Source of the DNA: Macrostomum lignano
Taxonomy: Eukaryota
Length of the DNA: 64,000 bases
NCBI GenBank assembly: GCA_002269645.1
Contig: NIVC01003081.1
Span: 123,710-187,709 of the forward strand
Direction: 5' to 3'
The notes under the pieces are model-generated. The model did not search any database. It saw only the letters and a list, made by a program, of their open reading frames with translations, and had not been told where the DNA came from. Both the position numbers and the translations under genes were made by a program. Of the stretch, positions 59,747 to 64,000 are shown in pieces (position 1 is the stretch's first letter; each line of letters starts with the position of its first letter).

Positions 59747-62280
59747 TGTTAGGGTTTCTGCTCTCCGGAGTTAAGGATCTCCGGCCCGACGATCCAACCA
59801 AAAAAATTACGCGATTTTACAATCGCCCTCACGGATATCAGGAACCATGACATAAGATAAGGTTACAGATCGCCGCCATGCTAGACTCTCCGGAGTATTA
59901 TTATCTTAGAAAATTGGAAGATAAGAGATAAATTACATTTCTCTGATTCTAGAAAGCCCAGCTCGTGAGCAGCCTATAGCTTGCGCAACTTTTTCGATGA
60001 GTTCATCCATCTAGTACATCGTACATTTGCATGCGCCCTGTGAGGGCTAAATTTAGGGCTGGCCAGACTTGCGCATCATTTTTCGTCTCTGTGCATTTGT
60101 CGAGGGATTTGATTGTCATATATAAGCAGTGAAATAAAACTTATTGTGAGTAATTGTCTGTTTGCGGTTATCTTTACTTTCTACTTGTCAAATGGCTACT
60201 TTGAATCAAATATTCTTTTATGTACTGAACAACGACTGCGCACAAATTCCTGTCGACTTGAACTCGAGAGAGAAAAGCAATTTGAAGAGGCGCATCAGGG
60301 AAAAGAGCAGAAATTTTAGCATTCACGATGGAGCATTGTATTACATGGTGAAAAATAAAGATGGCAGTAAGCGCATGCGGCCCAAAGACAGACGCAAGGT
60401 GCTGTTTACCGAGCAAGAAGTGCAAGAAAAGGTTTTGAGCCTTCATTCTCAAGGGAGCCATGTTGGCGTGAACAGCACCGTGAGTCTTTTCACGGCAAGG
60501 TACTATGCCGATATACCTGTAACACCGATTGCCAAAGCTGTGGTTCAGGCGTGTGCGAGGTGCGAAATGGTCAACAAGAAGTTTTCTTCAGCGCAGAAGG
60601 AGCTGCATCCGATTGAAGTTCACAGGAATGCAGAGCGCCTCTTCGGCTTTTTGTGCATGGACTGCATCACAATGCCGACTACCACATCAAACGCTTCGAA
60701 GTATATCCTGACTGTATGCTGCAAGTTTACAAAATTTGCCATTTTTCGGGCGTTGCCGAACATCAAAGCGCTGACTATCGCAGCCGAGTTAAAAAGCATC
60801 TTCGCGCTTTTTGGCTGGCCATTGGTCATTCTCAGCGATCAAGGACGCGAGTTCTGCAACTCTGTCTTGGACGCCCTGCTGCAGTCCGGAGGAACGCAAA
60901 GAAGAGTGACCAGTGCTTACCACCCACAGGTAACCTTAACAGTAATGTTTTATGCTTCTGATATTATGTAGTAGTGGTGCATCATTTTTTAAGTACGAGT
61001 AGATCACTAATTTTCTCCAGACAAACGGTCAAACTGAGCGCCTCAACCAAACGTGCATTAATCTACTGAGAAAGCGGTGTGATTCTGAGGAACCAACTAA
61101 CTGGGATTCCATGCTGAATGATGTTCAACTCGCATACAACAGCCGCCGACATTCGGTGACAGGCTTCTCGCCGTGCAGGTAAAATATGAAAGTAATAAAG
61201 TTTATAGAGAATCAAGTATATTTTATAAAGCATATTTCTATACTGTAGCAGACAATGTTAGTTCATATGCCTCCATTTATCTTTAGAGCCGCCTTTGGCT
61301 TTGAGCCATTGCTAGGCGATCATGCCGCAGCACTGGCTTCGGTTCCGGAGCCGATGGAAATCAACAGGCAATTGCTTGCCAACAAGGACAAGAAGCGAGC
61401 CGCAGCGCGAAAACTAATTGCGCGTAGAATCAAGATCGCTCAAGAAAAGATGCGACAGCGTCACTTGGTTTCGGCTGCTGGAGCTCAAGAGCTAAAGCGA
61501 GGAGACAGAGTTCGGCTTCGAAATCTGCGGAGGGATGATCGAAAGGGTGGCAAGATGCGATACACCTGGAGTCAGCAGGTCTACATCGTGACGAGGTGCC
61601 TCGGTCGCAACGTATATCGATTAGGAGGACTCACTAGACGTGTCAATGGCAGGCATCTCAAGAAGTGCTTTCTACAAGTACAATGGTTGAGCGAATCTCC
61701 AGTTTTTTATTAGAATCGTATGCGGGACTCTGAACTGACAGCACTCGTACGAGTATTTATCAAAGGTTTCTAGCTCGTAATTTTGCCCTGGTATGGTGCA
61801 TGACAGCTGCAAAATATACTGGCTACAGTGAAACGTTAAACTACGATCGTACAAAATGTAAAATGTCTTGAAATGGAAAAAATGACTGACATTGTTAGCG
61901 ATTTTTACTACCTTTTATGCATGCTTCGATGAAAATTGTTAAACGGTTAAGAGAAGGAAACTACAACAACACTCGTTGCACGATTACGATTTCGGACTTT
62001 ATAAAAATGGGGAGATCGGTAACCGGAGATCCTAAACCAAACCTTTTTTGCACTCGTGACGGAGATCGGCAAACGGTGTAGAATCTCCGAGGGGATAACA
62101 GAATCTGGTTTTGGATCTCCGGATAGGGAGACCTGACCATGCCCCGGAGATCCCACAACGGTTACGGATCTTTTAGACCCAAACCCTTTAAGATCTCCGG
62201 TCGGAGATCCCAGCCCGTTTGCAGTCTCCGGATCGGCGACCCAAAACTGACCAGAGCCCCGGAGTTTCTAAACCGTAATA
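59747..62280 (+). mobile_element. Ginger-like DNA transposon (Gypsy-type integrase, no RT/LTR) with imperfect TIRs and a 4-bp target duplication
   Basis: Left end TGTTAGGGTTTCTGCTCTCCGGAG versus right end (reverse complement) TATTACGGTTTAGAAACTCCGGGG; flanks CCGG / CCTG; GGAGATCC/GATCTCCGG subterminal repeats at both ends; removing the element restores the Mcr reading frame. Confidence 0.75.
60192..61713 (+). CDS. Intron-containing Gypsy/GIN-type integrase (transposase); exons 60192-60929, 61021-61178, 61287-61713 (~440 aa)
   Basis: HHCC finger (LHSQGSHVG...CARC); DDE triad CMDCIT / ILSDQGREF / YHPQ|TNGQTERLN; WDSML..VQLAYNS..HSVTGFSP; C-terminal GDRVRLRN..RKGGKM..W..VY..VNGRHLK; phases consistent across two GT-AG introns. 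Confidence 0.88.
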
Positions 62281-63660
62281 CCTGGCTTAGAAATGTCTCT
62301 TCGGCGAACGCCAGCTCAGACTCTGAAGAAGCGGCACCTCTTGACGAACCCATCTTGATGGATGGTTGATGCCGCACAGAGAAGCGAAACGTGAGGCTGG
62401 AGTAGAGTAGGCGGTACACGGCTACACAAAGCTGCAGCTTCTGCTCCGGGCGAAACGTTTTTGGCGCCAGAATTCGGTAGGTCCTGTCGCGGTCGAATTT
62501 GTGTTTTTTTATATGCATCGAAATCGCTAAATTTTAAACAGCCGCGATGTGAACAGCTGGCGGTTACATCGCCCGTACTATATAGAAGCCTCGAAGTGGG
62601 TAACAACGGGTATCTGAGTGGGTAGTGCCCATTCCGCAGACTCCCCTGATACGTACGCAGTCATCCGCACAGGCACACACTCACACAGGAGTGTACAGCA
62701 GCCCTAACTTTATTTATCGTTAGGCATGTACCTAGGCTTGAGGGTTGGCCCTAAAGACCATTAATTGCACGACTGACCTAAGCCGGGATTCCAATTCAAC
62801 CCCAAATTAATGAGCCTGCACTTGGAACCAAGCTTTAGTATGCTACGAGCTATAATAAGACCACTCGGCTACGGCAACTCATCTGGGTGAGTAACAAACA
62901 GGTAATTGTGGTAGGTAACTTGAACGGGTATCCGAGGTGATCACACAGCGGATATTGGGGTGAACCAATGGTTATCCACAGTTAGATGGGGCAAGCAGCT
63001 ATATTGTCTGGGGTGAGTAACTATGGAATGGGTATTAAAGTACAAATACTGGCACTGAAGCAAGAGAACCTGTTCTCTCCTAGAAGCTTAGGTAAGCAAC
63101 TGAACTGTCAAAGGCAGTCACAGCTGTTAAAAACTTCAAACCTGCAACCTTGATAGATTTTAAGCTAACAGAAACTCAGTCAGTTCAATCAAATCTTACG
63201 GCGCTTGCACCAGTTCAAGGCTAGTCGACGTCACAGCATCGACGCCATTGACAGTCGAGAAGTTGCCGCACATGAGGCGCGCCAGCAGCAGCAACAGGAG
63301 CTCTGTAGCATCACTGCTGTTGCAGATGTTCATTCTATTTCTAGGTAATAGAAGACAAGCAACGATTGCCGAAAAAATTTATATACACGTAACACAACTA
63401 CAGGAAGTTAATAATGTAACTAATGCTCTACCAGCAAGGGGTTTTTGGCCAGCAATTAGTTCTGACACAAATTAAGCGCTAAATTGTTTCTTACTTAGGT
63501 AAGAATGCCGGGCCCTTTTAAGTGCTTTCCCACGGAATCAGAAAATTATTAACCAGGTAGTCAGAATTCCGACTCCACAGTTTTGTCGGCATTTGCAGTG
63601 TCTAGTAGTAATAGGAAGCAGCTTAACTGGGAAACCTGTATGAAATACATTTGTGTAGCT

Positions 63661-64000
63661 CAGTCAGTGAGTCAGTGAGTCAGTGAGTCAGTGAGTCAGT
63701 CAGTGAGTCAGTGAGTCAGTGAGTTAGTCAGTGAGTCAGTGAGTCAGTGAGTGAGTGAGTGAGTGAGTGAGTGAGTCAGTCAGTCAGTCAGTCAGTGAGT
63801 CAGTCAGTCAGTGAGTCAGTGAGTCAGTGAGTTAGTCAGTGAGTCAGTGAGTGAGTGAGTGAGTGAGTGAGTGAGTCAGTCAGTCAGTCAGTCAGTGAGT
63901 CAGTCAGTCAGTGAGTCAGTGAGTCAGTGAGTGAGTGAGTGAGTGAGTGAGTGAGTGAGTCAGTCAGTCAGTCAGTCAGTCAGTCAGCAGTCAGTCAGTC
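63661..64000. repeat. (TCAG)n/(TGAG)n microsatellite running off the window end
   Basis: Direct reading. Confidence 0.95.

Larger units (their letters stand above)
55051..63333 (-). pseudogene. Mcr: Macroglobulin complement-related (Mcr/TEP6-type, CD109/alpha-2-macroglobulin family) gene, disrupted in this sequence. Exons: 63333-63200 (signal peptide); 62483-62281 + 59746-59720 (MG1, split by a transposon); 58246-57997; 57848-56276; 56096-55922; 55660-55552; ~55240-55051
   Basis: TYRILAPKTFRP (MG1), FVSVGWKGQVNSYSP, TPILLDL, VAGDIVGP, KPVGSAES (thioester site replaced), AMTAYAL, GWVSTQDT, SGMAILSYALPSGY, RWHPVAN, VYDYF, ICKVCGSFECPYC and a hydrophobic C-terminus. Several 1-nt frameshifts, a TE inside exon 2 and no MG2-MG6/bait exons found. 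Confidence 0.8.

Noticed and set aside
59747-62280. Ginger element spliced out as a new intron (its end creates CAG|GTATTA on the Mcr strand)
   Set aside because: At the other end the available AGs lie 11, 14 and 16 nt from the junction (out of frame) and an in-frame TAA sits 25-27 nt inside, so the frame cannot be restored cleanly.

Overview
Eukaryotic (animal) genomic DNA with GT-AG introns, GC-rich exons and introns packed with mini/microsatellites. The style suggests a flatworm such as Macrostomum; this is inference, not checked. Layout: (1) 0.3-5.6 kb, a TE graveyard (Tourist-like MITE, fossil mariner) that is visibly CpG-poor. (2) 7.2-34.7 kb, four co-oriented spliced genes: SNX5/6, MCMBP, FANCD2 and GINS1/PSF1, the last three being replisome/fork genes. 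Most of their introns carry a satellite of their own, and about 19 copies of a dispersed GCCGATATGTATCGAA motif lie around the FANCD2 3' end. (3) 35-54.4 kb, a 7-copy array of 3-exon genes for secreted signal peptide + PAN/Apple + LamG/concanavalin-like proteins. The N-terminal ~140 aa and intron 1 are almost identical across copies, while the C-terminal lectin-like part is highly divergent (constant/variable architecture). Five copies are intact and two disrupted, with non-autonomous hAT elements between them. (4) 55-63.3 kb, a disrupted minus-strand Mcr/TEP6-type thioester-less macroglobulin gene. Its second exon is split by an apparently intact, intron-containing Ginger-like integrase transposon, and its central exons are missing at a SINE whose Pol III A-box has expanded into a ~950-bp minisatellite. 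All homology calls are from recognition of sequence motifs; no searches were run.
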